Shown one piece after another: positions 11,801-26,387 of a stretch of DNA of 64,000 bases (within the stretch, counting starts at the first letter, position 1; each line of letters starts with the position of its first letter). The DNA is from Geosiphon pyriformis uo1 (lineage: Eukaryota; Fungi; Glomeromycota): positions 62,001-126,000 of the forward strand of contig JAAOMT010000718.1 in assembly GCA_016748015.1 (NCBI GenBank), in the 5' to 3' direction. The notes under the pieces were generated by a model. That model did no database searches. It was not told the origin of the DNA and saw only the letters and a list, made by a program, of their open reading frames with translations. The translations under genes were made by a program, and so were the position numbers.

Positions 11801-14800
11801 TTACGTGTAATGAAATCCATTGAGGAGGCTGAAAACAAAAAAGCAGGAATATGAGCCCCTTCTGTCCTTTTAGCTGTGGATATATCATCTTCACCAAGGT
11901 CAAGGGGAAGGGCTATGGTGAATTTCTGAATTTCAAGCGATAGCAGCTTTTCATCCAACAATGATCGACTCTTAGTCTTATATTTTGGAATTTGAACTCC
12001 AAGATCTTGCAAAATCTTACGTGTGTTATCGGCCAATTTATTTATATGCGATGCTTTGAGCTCTTTGCGCCTTTCCAATTCTCCACTATAATAAACGTAT
12101 AAATCCATTAGACGACCAAGCGCTATGGGTTGCATTACAGCATGAACCTTGAAAAGTTTGAGGGAATAAGATTCAACAAATTCCGATTCCTCTGACTGCG
12201 TCGTGAATGTTTCGTTTGATTTGTTGATGTTATTAACCGTGTCATTTTTTTGTTTGATATTTTGCAACGACAAATCGATCAATATGTAAGCGATCCGATA
12301 TTTGCGTACATCGTCTTCTGAAGCCGTTACCCCAGTATTATGATTAAGAGAGAGCGAAAGATTTTGTGCAGAAAAGTTCCAGGCAAAATTGTCTGATTTC
12401 TCCGAGCTCACACTGGGCAAATTCGTGATATGTCCATTCAATATTTTTGTCTCAAAGAATCCTACTGCGGTGGGACTGAGAGCAGATATCTTTAGCCCGC
12501 CTAGGGAAATTTTGATCGAGTATAGAAAATTATGCAGGGTTTTCTCAGTTTTTGCATTGGCCAAATCAATATTAATTAGGGCAGAGTTTTTGGAAGCATC
12601 TTCCCTTTCCTTAAATTTCTTGGAAGAGAAGACAAACACGTCCAAAACGTCATTCAATTCGTTTCCAAGAAGTGATTGAGCAGTAAATAAATGATCAATT
12701 ATGTTAACGTTCAATTGCAATTTGATGAAATCTAAATAAATTAGAGCATCAAGTTTCGAATATTTTCGCGTAGATAATCCGGGCAAAAGTTTTTTAATTA
12801 ATGTGAATTTTTTTTGTTCAAATGGACGAATATTCCCCGTTGTTCGGATGGCAGGTATTGTAAAAGCAGCTTGTTGTTCAAGTTCAATTGATTCTTCTGC
12901 GGTATTATCAGAAAATGGTCTGTTTTTTTGCTTTTGCTTCGTGACAAAACGTATTTCTTGCTTAACTAACTGTCCAGAATAATCCATGTGAATTCCATCC
13001 AATGCGGTAGAGTTTTGTTGTAAAACTATCAAAAGATCCCAAGCTTCGTAATGGAATCTTAAGGAGGGCAATAAATTAGATTGAAAGTAAAATCTTTTCA
13101 TTAGAAATTGAAATCTCATCTCAATTCTACTTGAGTATGGTATTATTTGTTCTGTCCGAGAATTGTGATGCGAAGGTTGTGCGTTAGTTTTTCGTTGCTC
13201 TTCCCACTCATCCATTAAGCCTTTAAAGAGAAAATCATAGCTAGGTAAGTTTTCTTCTCGCCATTCTTCTACAAATGTGTAAAGCTTCAAAAGACTTTGA
13301 GGGGCTCGGACAGAAATGGCTTCTAATGTCACAAAAAAATGTAAGACTTCATGTTCCAATTCTTTTTTTTGCTTTTTTCGTGACGTACACTGACGAGTGA
13401 ATGTCGTATTAGTGCTGATTCTTGAAAACTCAACAGATATTAAAGTATTGAGGCCCGTTGGACTCGAATAAGTCTTTTCCTTAATACTCATCGAAATGTT
13501 TTCAATACCGCCAATGGCTGAAATGATTATTCGATTAGATGTGTGACCACTTCCCTTTGAGCCAGGATGCAATGAGCTTCGATTCAAGGAGACATTCTCC
13601 AATTCGGGCTTCTCTGCTATATCGTTAGCTATAGGATTGTAAAACAATGTGGAGATATTGACTTTAGACAACTGGGCTTTAGCTGAGATACGTTGTGCGG
13701 AAGCTGAAACAGTCATAGTCTCTAAAAATGTTATACAATGTGCGACAATCTCGATTCGCGATAAAAGCTCCTTCATGTTGAAGATTGGAATCACTTTCGA
13801 ATTTTTGTCTTTTGGATCTTGACTTCTTACATCTTGTAAAGTGTTTATGGTAGAAGTCGATTTATGTCCAACTGATGCACTTTCTGTTTCTTTTTTATAG
13901 ACTTCTTTCGTGCGCGATACAGATTCGAACTTGGAAGTGAATACTCGATGAACTTTTAGCCAATGTTTAGCTAGGGCCAACATGTCAGGATTTACATCTA
14001 CTCCAAGTTGTTTTAAATAGAATCGAAAAATAACGTCCAGATACCCAACAGGAATTGAAGGTTTACTATGCGTTGTATCTTTTTCTGAGCCTCTATTAAC
14101 TTCTATAAAAGAATTTTGAAGATCCAAAGGAGGGATGGAATCTTTGTGATAGTTACTTTCAATGTCAACTCGTAAAGTTCCAATGTCTACGGAGTTTTCA
14201 CGCTGTTCTTCGATAACCGAAAAAATCACTGTATTAATCTGTAGCCTACCCAAATTAGCGGATGAAGTTAAAAAAACTTGAGCTTCATTTATAAGGTCTG
14301 CTGATCTTTTTGCAGCATCTTCGTGTTGCTCGAAAAGTTTTGTGAACAATCGAGACTTTGAAAGATTCTCAATTTCCCAACGTCGCCATTTAGAGAAAAC
14401 ACGCAAGGAGGTGTCAAACATTTGAGAGGGATTAAGGGATGATAAATCATGGGTAGTTAACAAAATTTGCAATTGATCCAGTTTTTCTTGGTCCATTAAT
14501 CTTTTGCAGTGTCTGATGCGACCGAGAATCTTCCAACCATCATCGTTTTGAAAATTGGTGGCACCCAACCGAAGGACATGCGATGGTCGTGTCAAGTAGG
14601 TGGGATCACTTTCAATTGACGTAACCTTAGAATACCAAGCAATTTCTGATACTAATTTTTGCAATTGTCGGGAACGCCGAGTGATAAATGAGCTTATAAT
14701 ACTTGAGAGGTCATCAGTGAAAAAAAGCCAAGAATAAATTGCTCCTGTCAATATTTCCATGGATTGAGTGATAAAACTTGCTGAGAAGGTATTAATGTCT

Positions 14801-17800
14801 AATGAGAAAAAATTTGGTTGCATTGATCCAATCCATTTGATTTTGAAACGATCCAGTGAAACATCCAAAACGACCGGTGCATTGGCCGATGAATTGGTAA
14901 TAGGGGGTGAGAAGTTAAATCGATGCATAGCTTCTATTCCAAAAAATCCGATTGAATCGACCAAACGAACATTTAATTTCAATGATTCTATATCAAGACA
15001 AATTTTTGATTCCAATAATTTCAACTTTGGTTCTACATTCTTGGTCTTGTCTTTGACCTCGAAATTGGTGTCTTCATACTTCAACATGCCTCTAAGGGTA
15101 CTTTGTTCCAATACAAAATCTGCGGTGCACAGGATAGTATCGGTCAAATCGTACCGAGTCCTAATACTAGGATGTTCATCAGTCAAATTAGTAAGATCAT
15201 CTGGTAATAAAACATCTTGGATCAAATGAAAGTGAACAAAGGGTATGGAGATGGCAAATCTTGTTGTCGTGTATTTAAACGGAAATAATCGAGTGATATC
15301 TCCAACATAATCAATTTGAATATGATCAAGCATTGCTTCCAGGTTCCAGTGCTAGATAAAAGATTTGCAGGATCGATTTTAGTCCGATATAAAAACAATG
15401 AAACCTAATCTCATGAATAAAGCTCACTTCGCCTTTTATGGCTTCTAAAATTTCTTGTATAATCTTCAAAAATATAGGTGTTAATAAGATCTTGAAGGAC
15501 TTGGTAGATTCAAAAACAATAGTCGTTGTTTCGGCATCCTCATACGGCGAGGCTGGGCTCATGATCTCATCTTCTGGGAAAATGTCATCAAAGGAATCCT
15601 CACTTGAAGTCTTAGTTTTCGGAAATGGGAAAGATTTGAAGCTTTGGCTATTTTCTTCATCAACAGACAAAAGCTCCGTATCCTATGGAATATTGTTAAG
15701 ATCAGAATAAATCAAGACCCAAGATACCCCCACTAACTAAAATGACAGAGGATAATTCAAGTATAATGATTAATAACCATTGCTGGCGTGAATAATACAG
15801 GGGAAGGCCGAAGGTAAGAGCTAGTAAATGTGGTAGCAAAAGGCCGTTCAGACGTCATTCGGTAGCGCTTGAGATAACTCCCGTAAGGAATTGATCTTGG
15901 TGCCGAAGGAAATGGAGCTTGGGGATTAGTTTCTGAGTTATAATCTTCTAGATCATCGCTCTCGGAATCTAGGCATGATATAATTGAATCAAACATAAGT
16001 CATTAAAAAATAATAATGGAATTCATGTGGACTTCAAATCACCATCAAAATTTATTTCGCTATTGTCACTGTCTTCACTATCATCCGATTCAATATCGGA
16101 TTGATTCAAATTGCCATCAGTCGCAGTGTGGAAAGATAAATTTGAAATGCTGATCCCAGAGCCGTTCATATCGGAAATACTGCAACGTTGTCAATTGAAA
16201 AAGTTAAAAAAAAACATAGTTGAATCAATTTTATCCGATTGAAAAATACCTTTCATCTTCAGGGCGTAACCAGCTCTCCCCATCTTGCTCGTCATCCGAA
16301 TCATCACCATGACGAAGAAAATCATAGCGTCTCCCTAACATCAACGTATTTTTCCTATTTTCTGTTATGCAAATATCTGTTACTGAAGAATTACGGCTTT
16401 CATTATAGCCTAATGGATTGGCATCACTATCACCTACTGAATATAAAAAATTATCATTTTTGTTAATTGGTAAAGTACAGGAATAAAATCAAAGAAATTT
16501 GGATTCCGTGCCTGGCAAAGGTGAAGGCATTGGGGGCACATAAAGTGTACCGAGATGATGTGAATTAGAACCAACGGATGCTTGGAGAAATAAAAGGAAA
16601 TATATAAAAGCCATTTTAATTAAAAATTTAATAAGCAATAACTAAATGAGTACATACATCCTTCAGGGCTGTAATTTGCTCCTCCATAAAGAAAAGGAAC
16701 GCGTAAAGTTTCTCGGTCCTGTTCTTTCAAAAAGGTTTGCTGGTCTTGAAGACGTTTGCGCCATCCTGCAGTAGTGCGAAAAATGGTTATATCAAACGCA
16801 AACTCGAAATTAGCGACTTCAACCCAAGGATAATCTTCGGCTTCTTTTTTACACTCCATCGTTGAATTTTTAGATATTGAGAAGGCCAGACTTTTTATAA
16901 CCAAGTCGGGAATCTTTAATACGATCTTTTGGGTGAACTTCTCGTTAGCAAAATCATCAAACTGAACCTTAAGACCCTCTTTTAGAAGAATTTGAGAGCC
17001 ACTATAAATGAAAATGATGAGCTGATAGGCCAAAAAACCGAGCTGACTGATGATAAATATTTACCGCAAGAATCAATACCTGTCACGTCCCCAAACCGAG
17101 ACGTCAATTTCTTGCACGCCAATATTCAAAAAAGTCACATCAGGATCAAGTGGCACGACATATTTCGCAGGAAATGCATTTTCTTTATCAATAAAATGAT
17201 AACCAAATGATTTTCCAAACGATGCAATACTGAGTAAGAACGAAGGCTTCAACTGTCCAGAGATTGCACCAATATTGATGTCCCAATTACAAACATAAGT
17301 GGCTGTTATGGGTAATGGTCCGAACAATCGGTGCGCATAAATGTTGAGTTCTATAGTTAAGAGCAAATTGATCAGCCGAAGATACTTAGGAATACATTAA
17401 AAAAACTCCAAGCTACCGTTAAGGAAAACATAGTTATGGGCATTTTTTGACGGCTTTGAGCGACTGCCCTTTCGCGGGTTAGAATCTGAGTTGAGAGTCC
17501 AGGTCAATGGACTGACAGTAAGATCCATATCTAAAATAAGCGAAACCAAAATTAAGGATTAAATTCTCAAAAATCATGTCGAAATTTGTAATCTTTTATT
17601 CACCCATATACGCATCCATATTTCTCAAATCGAGTTGAAGCTCATGAAACTGTATCGTTGATGCATTATCACAAGTATACAAATTTTCTGGAAGAGATAA
17701 TGAGCCTTCTTCAATAATTAATTGAAGATATACTTCGAACGGATCGGCGGGCGGCTGAAAAGTATTAGTCAGATTGATTTCAAAACTTGACCTAGATCAC

Positions 17801-20800
17801 TAAAAAAGGTGCAGTTTAAATACCTTTGAAGCGAGCTTTAGCTGATCCGATGTGATCCTTTCTTCGTGTCTTGACCGATATTCTTCGAGGGTCATGAAGT
17901 TGATAAAAGTGCCAGCATAATTTTCCTGAAGCATAAGAAAGTAACGAACAACAAATCCAAAGGCCTTCAAATTTACATTTTTTCCCTAATAATAGGGAGA
18001 AATAATGTGACAGAATTCAGTAAAACCATATTTCATGAATCAAAATAAGAATACATACTATCATTTTCATCGATAGTGATTCAATATGATTCGGATGGAT
18101 GAAACTGTAATATTGATAAGTTCCTTCAATAATAAAATTTGCTACAGCCAAAAATTCCTTAGATTCGTTTGATAAAAAAGCCGCAAGTGCTTGGGATATT
18201 TGTGGGGACATCAAAACAGCACCTGGTGATATCTAAATGATTAAAATATAATTTCAATAAAAGATACTTTCAGCAATAAAGTTAAAATGAGGAGATATAT
18301 TACTTCAACAGTGAAAGGAATTTTTGTTATTTCCTGTTCATAATTTAGAAACGGAATTACAATATTTGCCATCAATTGTTTACTTTTGATAATAAAAAAC
18401 GCTTATTAAGTGGTAGAAAATCATTAATTAATATTGTATTTCGAGTAAAATAAAATAGAGAATTCTTATTGGGAAACCTACCATTGTCATCAATATCTGA
18501 TGGATTATTAATTATATTATGCTCATTAACATAGAGGTATAATTCAATTCCTTTAAGCCTAATATTGATTAAATACTCCATAGGTATGAAATGCAACAGA
18601 TCTGCCGAGGGACTAGATGCCCAATCTTTTGCTAGGTCTTGAAGAAGCGTGATGTGATCTCGAAGTAAAAAAATTTCTGCGCCATCAAGATCTATGTTGA
18701 ATAACCATTGGCGACTTTCATTCCAGATCAATGGATTTTGCAAGTGACATTTGATCTGAAGTCCGACAAGTTTATTAAGGTATTTCGATTTTGATATTTG
18801 AGAAAGTAATTAAGAAAAAAAGAAATTTTTTCAACTTACTTTGCAGCTATTGGCTGTTAATAATTTTGAGTAGTTTACACTAGTCTGCAATTCAATTTGG
18901 TCGAAGCACATCTCCAACTTGTTGCAATAGCCGTCTTCGGTCAAAATCATAGGTAATATTAGATTTACTGTGGAAAACAAGCCAACATTCAATTCGAGCC
19001 ATCCATGCGTTTTATTCGCACTTGAGACTTGTATTTCTTCATTTTGATTGTTATCTGTGTAATTCCAGTCCTAAATTAACCAGACTACAAAGTTAAACCA
19101 GCAGAATAAAAAAATGCGAGAAAAAATATTAATAAATGAAGACCTTTGATATTTCTCTAATGGGAACGCGGAGTACGGTATCTGATTCTAATTGAATCAG
19201 AATTTTAAGTGTCGTATGGAGTCTGTTCTCTCCGATATCAAGTAATTTAGTTTTTTCGACAGAACGATATAGAGGTGGAAAAAAGAAATTCTGGAGATGT
19301 ACTCTATTAAAAAGGGACATAGTGAGTGACAATAATGCCTTCTACATTTAGGGGATCCTAAAATGTACCTTTGACGATCCGCCCAAGGCCCATAGTTAAT
19401 AGTTCCACCTGCAATTAGAAGATTAATTCCCCATTCTGGTGATCGATCTCCGTTTCCTATTTCTATGTCTTCAGTGCTATCAATTGGTAAAGATCTTGGA
19501 GGAACCTTTCCTTTAAAGCAAAATGATTATGAGCAGTTTAAATATCTGGATACGCTGGATTTTTTAAAAGAAGTTTGAGAAAATAATTTACCAGCGTAAT
19601 CTGAATAATAATCCATTACCAGCTCTTTGCAGTCCAATATTAAAGGCATTTTGGCATATTCTGAAGACGCTTCAAGAAATTGTTTGGCATGGAGCCCATC
19701 GGTTCGATATGTATGTTTTAAATCAAGGTAATTTATTTTTAGAAAGGAACAAAATAAAGGAGACAAAAAGGATATCTTGGAAGACCATGCCATTCAGTCT
19801 TATCGTGTATATTAGAAACGGGAAGAAATGGCAAGTATTTTCGGATTTTTAAGAGCAATAGTTGTGATAATCTACGCTGTCCGTTCCCTTCCCTTATTGG
19901 TTAAAGAAATTAATTGGGAATTTCAGATACTTTAAACAAAGACTAATGGAGAAAGATACTTGCGAGGGAGCTTCATTCACTTGCTCAATATTGCATGTTT
20001 TTGAGAGGATTGGGTTCTTGAAGTCCGGATTAGTTTTGAGATGAATTTTCGTATCTTTATATTTTATTTTTATAACGGATTTGTAATAATCGAATATTGA
20101 ACGAGACTATTTATCCGTTGTGTTTAAAAGAAGAATAGATAGATTAGAAAAAAATCGCAAGGTTAGATATCGCTCTACTCAAAATAAAATTTTCTTTAGA
20201 CTACCTTCACAGCAGAATAAATCCCATTTGCTCGTCCAAACTCAACAACTAATATAGAGGGCACATTGGAGTTCCCTGCAATAATCGCTCCATGGTCACA
20301 ATCAAGCTGAATTGGCAGAATTCTTCGAAAAAAAGAATTCTTCGATTCGCTTGCATCATTAATCTCGCTCTCATTTAATTCAACTTTGAATCAAAATAGA
20401 AACTTTCAAATTTTCAAATTTAAATTTCAAATAAACTCAAGATCTTTTGATAATATGCTTTACCAGTAAAATCTTCCCTGTTACTCTGAATTATACCGGA
20501 AGAATTTTCAATATCAGAAGTTTGCATTGTGCGTTTGTCGATACTGCTAAGTAAGGCATCATATGCTGGTGTTCTGTTATAAATGAACCATTCAAACCCA
20601 TCTACTTTACATACGATTCGACAAGGCAGCTGTTTTTCTTTAGAAATAACTGACAATCAGACATATGAGCAGGTTTAAAATTTTGAGAACACGGGCAAAA
20701 TCACATATGTTGTACCGGTATCCCTATTATCTTGATTGGTTTGGGATTCTTGACGGACATTCCATAACCAATAACGACAGGTTATATGCCCTTTCAGTAT

Positions 20801-21318
20801 GGAGAAGGATTGATTCCTTGAGCGGTATTTCAGATTTTTGAATAGAACACGACCAGCAAGTGGCGCAAATTGCAGCGATTCTAGAAACACATCATCAAAT
20901 TCGTGAAAAAGTTTTGGGTTTAAAATTTTCTTTATTATTACATAAATTGAATTTGATGACAACAGATAAACTCCAAAGATCCGCATCGCTGACAAAGAAA
21001 TAGCCATATCTAATTACCCTCCACTCTTTACTTCACCCCAAAGAATCATTACAAATAACCGTACCAATTTCAATCAAAGAATGATATTTTCGCCAAGTGT
21101 ATATGCTTATCAATCGCGACAAAACTTGCCCGATGACGCGATTAGAGTAAAAAAGAAAAAACAACACCAAGATGACCACAATGCAGAAACTAAAATAGAA
21201 GTTCCTACAGAATAAAGAGCAAATTGTCGGAAAGCAACCTTTACGTTGACCATTTGGCGAAGGACTTGATTTCTATTATTTACCACGGCGGAAGCCCATC
21301 AGAGGGTTGTTTGCACAT
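8869..21318 (-). CDS. CSF1: Csf1/BLTP1 (KIAA1109/Tweek-like) bridge-like lipid transfer protein; many 5' exons and a ~6.5-kb terminal exon
   Basis: N-terminal TM (FYFSFCIVVILVLFFLFYSNR), SLQFAPLAGRVLFKNLKY, GFEWFIYNRTPAYD, WHGLPRY, HRLFGPLP and C-terminal LEPQLRIMGDATPPLEWVG. The start codon position is approximate. Confidence 0.9.
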
Positions 21319-21972
21319 GGATTCCTGAGGTTTGTAAAGGAAAACTGAACAGAAAAACAGATTCAGTCCAAATGTAATAGTCTAATTCAAATTGACATGA
21401 CGCCTTAGGTTAGCTGTTAGGATAGTGTGATGATGATCTAATCGAGCAAGTGTGTGACAAAAAAAGTTGCTTTTACATTCTTATTTGGTGATGTCATTGT
21501 TAGTTGATGTACTTCCGGATCTTGCAATTCCGATGAGCGAATCAGAATCCGCCTTCGTCTAACGAGAAACTAAAAAGAAGCTATTGAAAAAACTTCCCGT
21601 AGGTATTTTTCTGGTCATGTGTACGTACATCATAAGATGATTAATTCCTACGCGTCTTTGTATTGTCGCCAACCAGATATTCCCTTTTTACCTAACACTT
21701 GAGAGCTTGAAGAAAAAGATTTTCTCCTCAATTTTTCTCTTTATCGAAAGCTGAGAAGTCTGCCAAAATTTTGGTTTAATTCATACTTCTCTGTTTTTGG
21801 CTCCTTCGATAAACCAAAAGTCTCTAAGGCAACTGCGATTCAAAGAAAAATAGAACACTTTGACATAGAACACACGCTTCACACTTGACTGCGCCATACT
21901 GAGAGTATTAAACCGTGTTTTATTTAAAAACTTTTTCCTTGTTCATCTTCTCCACTGGCCTTCAACATCTAA

Positions 21973-23535
21973 ATGGACAAAGATCCGGCTGAAAACCCAG
22001 CGAAATCAAAAAAAAATTGGCTTGTGTTACCCACACTCAAGCCGGTACTTTTTTATTTTTGCTTTTATCGCGTCTGTCTATTCGTCCCGAGATGTAACTT
22101 GATGTTAAATCATGAATTGAATGGAATAGAATGATAGTCGAGCGGTTTATAAAGGTACTGAGCGGTCAATTTTAAAACAGCCTACTCCTCCCAAGGGTGA
22201 CACGAAACTTTCAGACGATGATGGTATTGATTGGGTACAGGTAAGACTATATCGTGATATTTCTCTTTGGGACACTGAAATAAGATGTTCTGAATGTTTG
22301 TTCTAAAGCTCTCTGTGATCAGATTTTTGAAAATGTCTCAATTTATTATAAAAACTTGGGAAATAATTGTGAAATTTTATTAACGTTAGCTCATTTTACA
22401 TTTGTTCTATTTTTACGATTCCTAAATTTCAAAGGTCGCCAAGATTTTAAAAGAAAGACTTGCCTTTGCATATTTTAAGACCCAACACGGTTGGCAACAC
22501 TATGATCTAGCCACGTGCGAGAAGAAATTCCAAGAGAAATTACAATCACGAAATCTCCGAAGAGCAACTCTTCCCGCATCATTCGCACCTAATAATAATG
22601 AAGCTATCACCCCTGATCAATATAAAAACCCTCAGCAATCTAATCATATAAATAATGGAGCTAAATATAAAGGATCAAAGAAACACAAGAAAAGAATGAA
22701 TAATAGTGATCCGACCCATCCATCAAAAAAAGCGAAACACCAATTTTCTCTTTCGACAAGAAATAACGAAGACCAGATTGATGTTACACCATCAAGACGA
22801 CATAGCTCCACCCAACATAATGGAATGCCCGTATTGCTCAATGCAGTCATGAGTGAGTTATCAGAAATCACTGACAAACAAAGGCTACAACCACTGTTCT
22901 ATGGAGCTGCGGATCCAATGATTTCAGATTATTATTCTCAAAATCAAGATCTTACGTCTTCATTAGATCAAGGAACCTCGTCCCCTCCAAGTACACCACC
23001 ACATCAACAACCTCTAACTCCCACTGATGAACATGCAGCAGAGTTATTATATTTTTTTGCTTCTTCTCCAGTTGCTGCATCTCCTGCTCGAACACCTGCT
23101 AGTCGTTTTATGGATGCACAGCTAGGCTATACTACTCCTCCACATCGGATGGCAATAGAATCTTCAACTCCAAAATCAGCATTCTTTCTTAGTGAATTCA
23201 TAAATGTTACACCCACTCCAAAATCGCCATTTTCGCTAAGTGAATATATGAATATGTCCCCTTTGGCTTCCAAATCGACACCTGGAGTTACCGATCTGAC
23301 GAATTACTCATCCACACCCGGATCAAATTCATTATCTAAAATGACACATCCTCCCTTAAGTGATCGCAAAAAATCTACTCCCACAATCAGACTGTCCTTT
23401 GATGAATATGTTAACAACAATCAAAAACCTAAAAAGACACCTCCTTCACATCCACTTTTCACCGATTTCTTGAGCCTAACTTCCAGTGCCTCGTCATCGA
23501 AAAGTAAATCTGCGTTCTCTCAAAGCGCTCAATGA
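21973..23535 (+). CDS. Whi5/Nrm1-like G1/S transcriptional repressor (3 exons)
   Basis: Splicing 21973-22044, ~22130-22240 and 22435-23535 gives VAKILKERLAFAYFKTQHGWQHYDL (Whi5-like GTB motif) followed by a disordered tail with many SP/TP CDK-type sites. Confidence 0.75.
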
Positions 23536-23892
23536 ATATGCTAAAAAAGTACTCGGCCAAAGGATTTCTATAGAAATCGAGGGCTTAAGTATACGAATCA
23601 TGATAAGAATTCTGTTAATCTGATTTTTAAAATAATTTTGGTTAAAATAAAAAACATTGGTGAACCCTTAAGAATCAAATGTATAGATTCTTAATTAAAA
23701 AAATAAAATTTTAGCTGATCAAATCCACTTATGCTTCACGCCATTATTTTAGCCAAACACTATGATATTTAGAGAATTAAAAAATTAATCTTGGAGTTTC
23801 TTCATTCAGCGCTATTGAAATACCAGTTTAGCTTTTGCGCTTTGTTGTAAATTACGTCATGTTTTATTATCAAATATATATTACGTTTTTCT

Positions 23893-26145
23893 TTATTCGA
23901 GTTTCCTACCGCCAATAAGTTTGGCAACGTCCTTCATGAATTTTTTCTCTTGTAAGTAGCTGTTGAATTGTGGTATCAAGGACGTTATTCACAAATGATT
24001 CAAAACGCTAGGCTATCAATTCTATCAGAAAATGAGTCAAACAAAAAAAGGATACATGGTAGATGCAACGGCTATAGCAGTGAAAAACCCCACGCTGATA
24101 TGTCTAATCTTTGCTTCCAAAGTGCCCCAACCTATAACTTGATTTGACCAATAAGTCACCATCCAAGCAATTGCAAATGAAAGCCACACAAGCAGGCTCG
24201 GACTCATGTTAGCAATGGTTAACAATTGACGAATTTCATCATTAAAACGCGTCTGATGATATTTATTTCCCATGTTCAGAAAGTAGTGACGAATGTAACG
24301 CCAGCTCCACGCGATTCGTATCAAAAGATTAAAAGCGTTGGCGGCAACCAAGCCAATAGCGCCAGCCGAAAGAACCCTTACAAAGAAGAAACCAGCACTG
24401 ACAAATCCAATAGAAAAAGCAACCAGCCATTGATTTAATTGAGATATAGTTTCTTGGGTGCCAACCGCAGTTACAAAAGCCTCCGTGATGCCGTTCACCC
24501 CCATGATTGGCACAAAAAAGCAATAGAAAGATAGAGCTAAGGGTGCAGGTGTTCCAATAGACCATTTTGAGCCCACTAAGATATCAATTAAGGCGCCTGT
24601 ATAATTAGAGCCGAAGCTGATAAACAAGAGTCCCAATAGAACATGGAACTTAATAATGGTAGTGAGGATCTGAAGTGAAGTCAAAAGAACTGTTCTCTGC
24701 GCTTCGTCTTGTGAATCATCTTGATCCTTAGCAGCTCTCGACACATTATTTTCTACTTCAATTCCACTTAACAATTTGGAGAATAAAGTACGCCCCGTTT
24801 CTTCAAGTGGCTGAAAGAGAATTCTGGCAATCAGAGATCCTATAAAAAAAAGCAATTGAACAAACGTAGCTCGGAAGAATATTTGACAATCTTCAAGTTG
24901 AAATTACTAACCATAATTTACAACAAAGGCGTAAACACCCTGATCATTAGGTGTACTAAGCCAAGCAATCAACATTTTATCACCTTCTGTTAATACGTGT
25001 TTCAACAAAGATTGCCATGTAAAGGTTTTGGCTAGACTTGAAAGCTGAGCATCAAACCAGACCAATTTTTGTCTGGATAGACAGACGGAACCAAAAAAGA
25101 AATTCACAGCGATGTCAATAAAAAAGTCTTTGACTATAATAACTGGAGGGTTTACCTCACTTGATGGCGAGACCTAGCCTCTATGCAAATATTAGCCAAG
25201 AACACACATTATTTCCATGGCTGTCACTGTCAAAAAAAAATTCAAATGAATAAATTATACTCTCCTCACTAGCTCACTTATTTACCTGCCGTCTTGTATG
25301 ATTTGCAGAGGGCGGGGCAAGAGCTCTTTGATATCCCAATAAAGATAAAAATAGCCACAATAACCAATCAAAAGTACAAGGGAATAAGCAAGTTGAGCTA
25401 TAGCAAAGGCTAAAATGCCATAGGCGTTTTCGCTAGTCTGGTCATCAGTTTGGGGAGCTCCCAAAATGGTTAGGAATAGGGTGATAATGCAACGCAATAC
25501 AACCCCGATCCCTTCACTACGAACTCGCAAAGTGAATATCAAATTATTTGTTGCGGTAATAAAAAGTGGTTCAATAATCAATTCCATAAATGCTGCCACG
25601 CCATATAGAGTGACAGACACTGCGTAATGCGGAGAATTGTAAGTTTCCTCAGACACAGAATATATGCAGAATAAACAGGCGGCAAAAGTCGTCACCATGC
25701 CAAATGGGATTGGTACATAAGCTAAATTTGTAATTTTCTGTATGGAACCTTTCTTTGAATTTGCTACGACGTAGTTACGAGAATCAAGGGCATTCTTTGA
25801 TAGTTCAACGTCCTCCTCGTTTGTGTAGTTGCTTGATATTCCACCCCCTCGTAATAGCGCACATCTAAAGCCTTCTCTAGACAGAAACAAGATTGTATTC
25901 AAGAGTAATTCTAATTGCACAGCAGCGATCCCAAATGTCTTTGGGTTGGTAAATCGCAAAACTATTTGGTGTAAAACGAAAGTCAATAGTCTGCTGAGTA
26001 GTTGAAGCACAATCAAATGAGACGCTCCTTTTACTGAAGACGAAAGAACTGATTGAAGTTTCGCGGTGGGCTTAGCAATTTGGAATCTAGTTGATTCTTT
26101 CAATTTAACCGTGTTTTCTGGTTTTCTTTGTCTGGTATCCGACAT
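23893..26145 (-). CDS. RFT1: Rft1, Man5GlcNAc2-PP-dolichol translocation protein
   Basis: LQLLSRLLTFVLHQ, ILFLSREGFRCALLR, QSLLKHVLTEGDK, QGVYAFVVNYGSLIARILFQPLEE, MGVNGITEAF. Last exon ends GGRKLE-stop at 23893. Confidence 0.95.
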
Positions 26146-26387
26146 TTTCAATGTTTAAGAATAAAGAGCAGGTTTGTTACATGTGGTTATGCCATTTCAA
26201 ATTAATAATGAGTCATAATAAATTTTGAAAATAAAATTCGTCGTGTCCATGAGACTTCAAAATTTATTTTCATCGTATCGTCATTACAATTACTCGATGA
26301 TATTGTGCTTTTAGAGATCGCTTTCCTAATACCCCCTTCGACTTTCATCCTAATTTCTTGATAGCCTTCAAATTTCTAATTAAAACT

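Noticed and set aside
9427-15710. Plus-strand ORFs overlapping CSF1
   Set aside because: Antisense shadows of the long coding exon, with no motifs.
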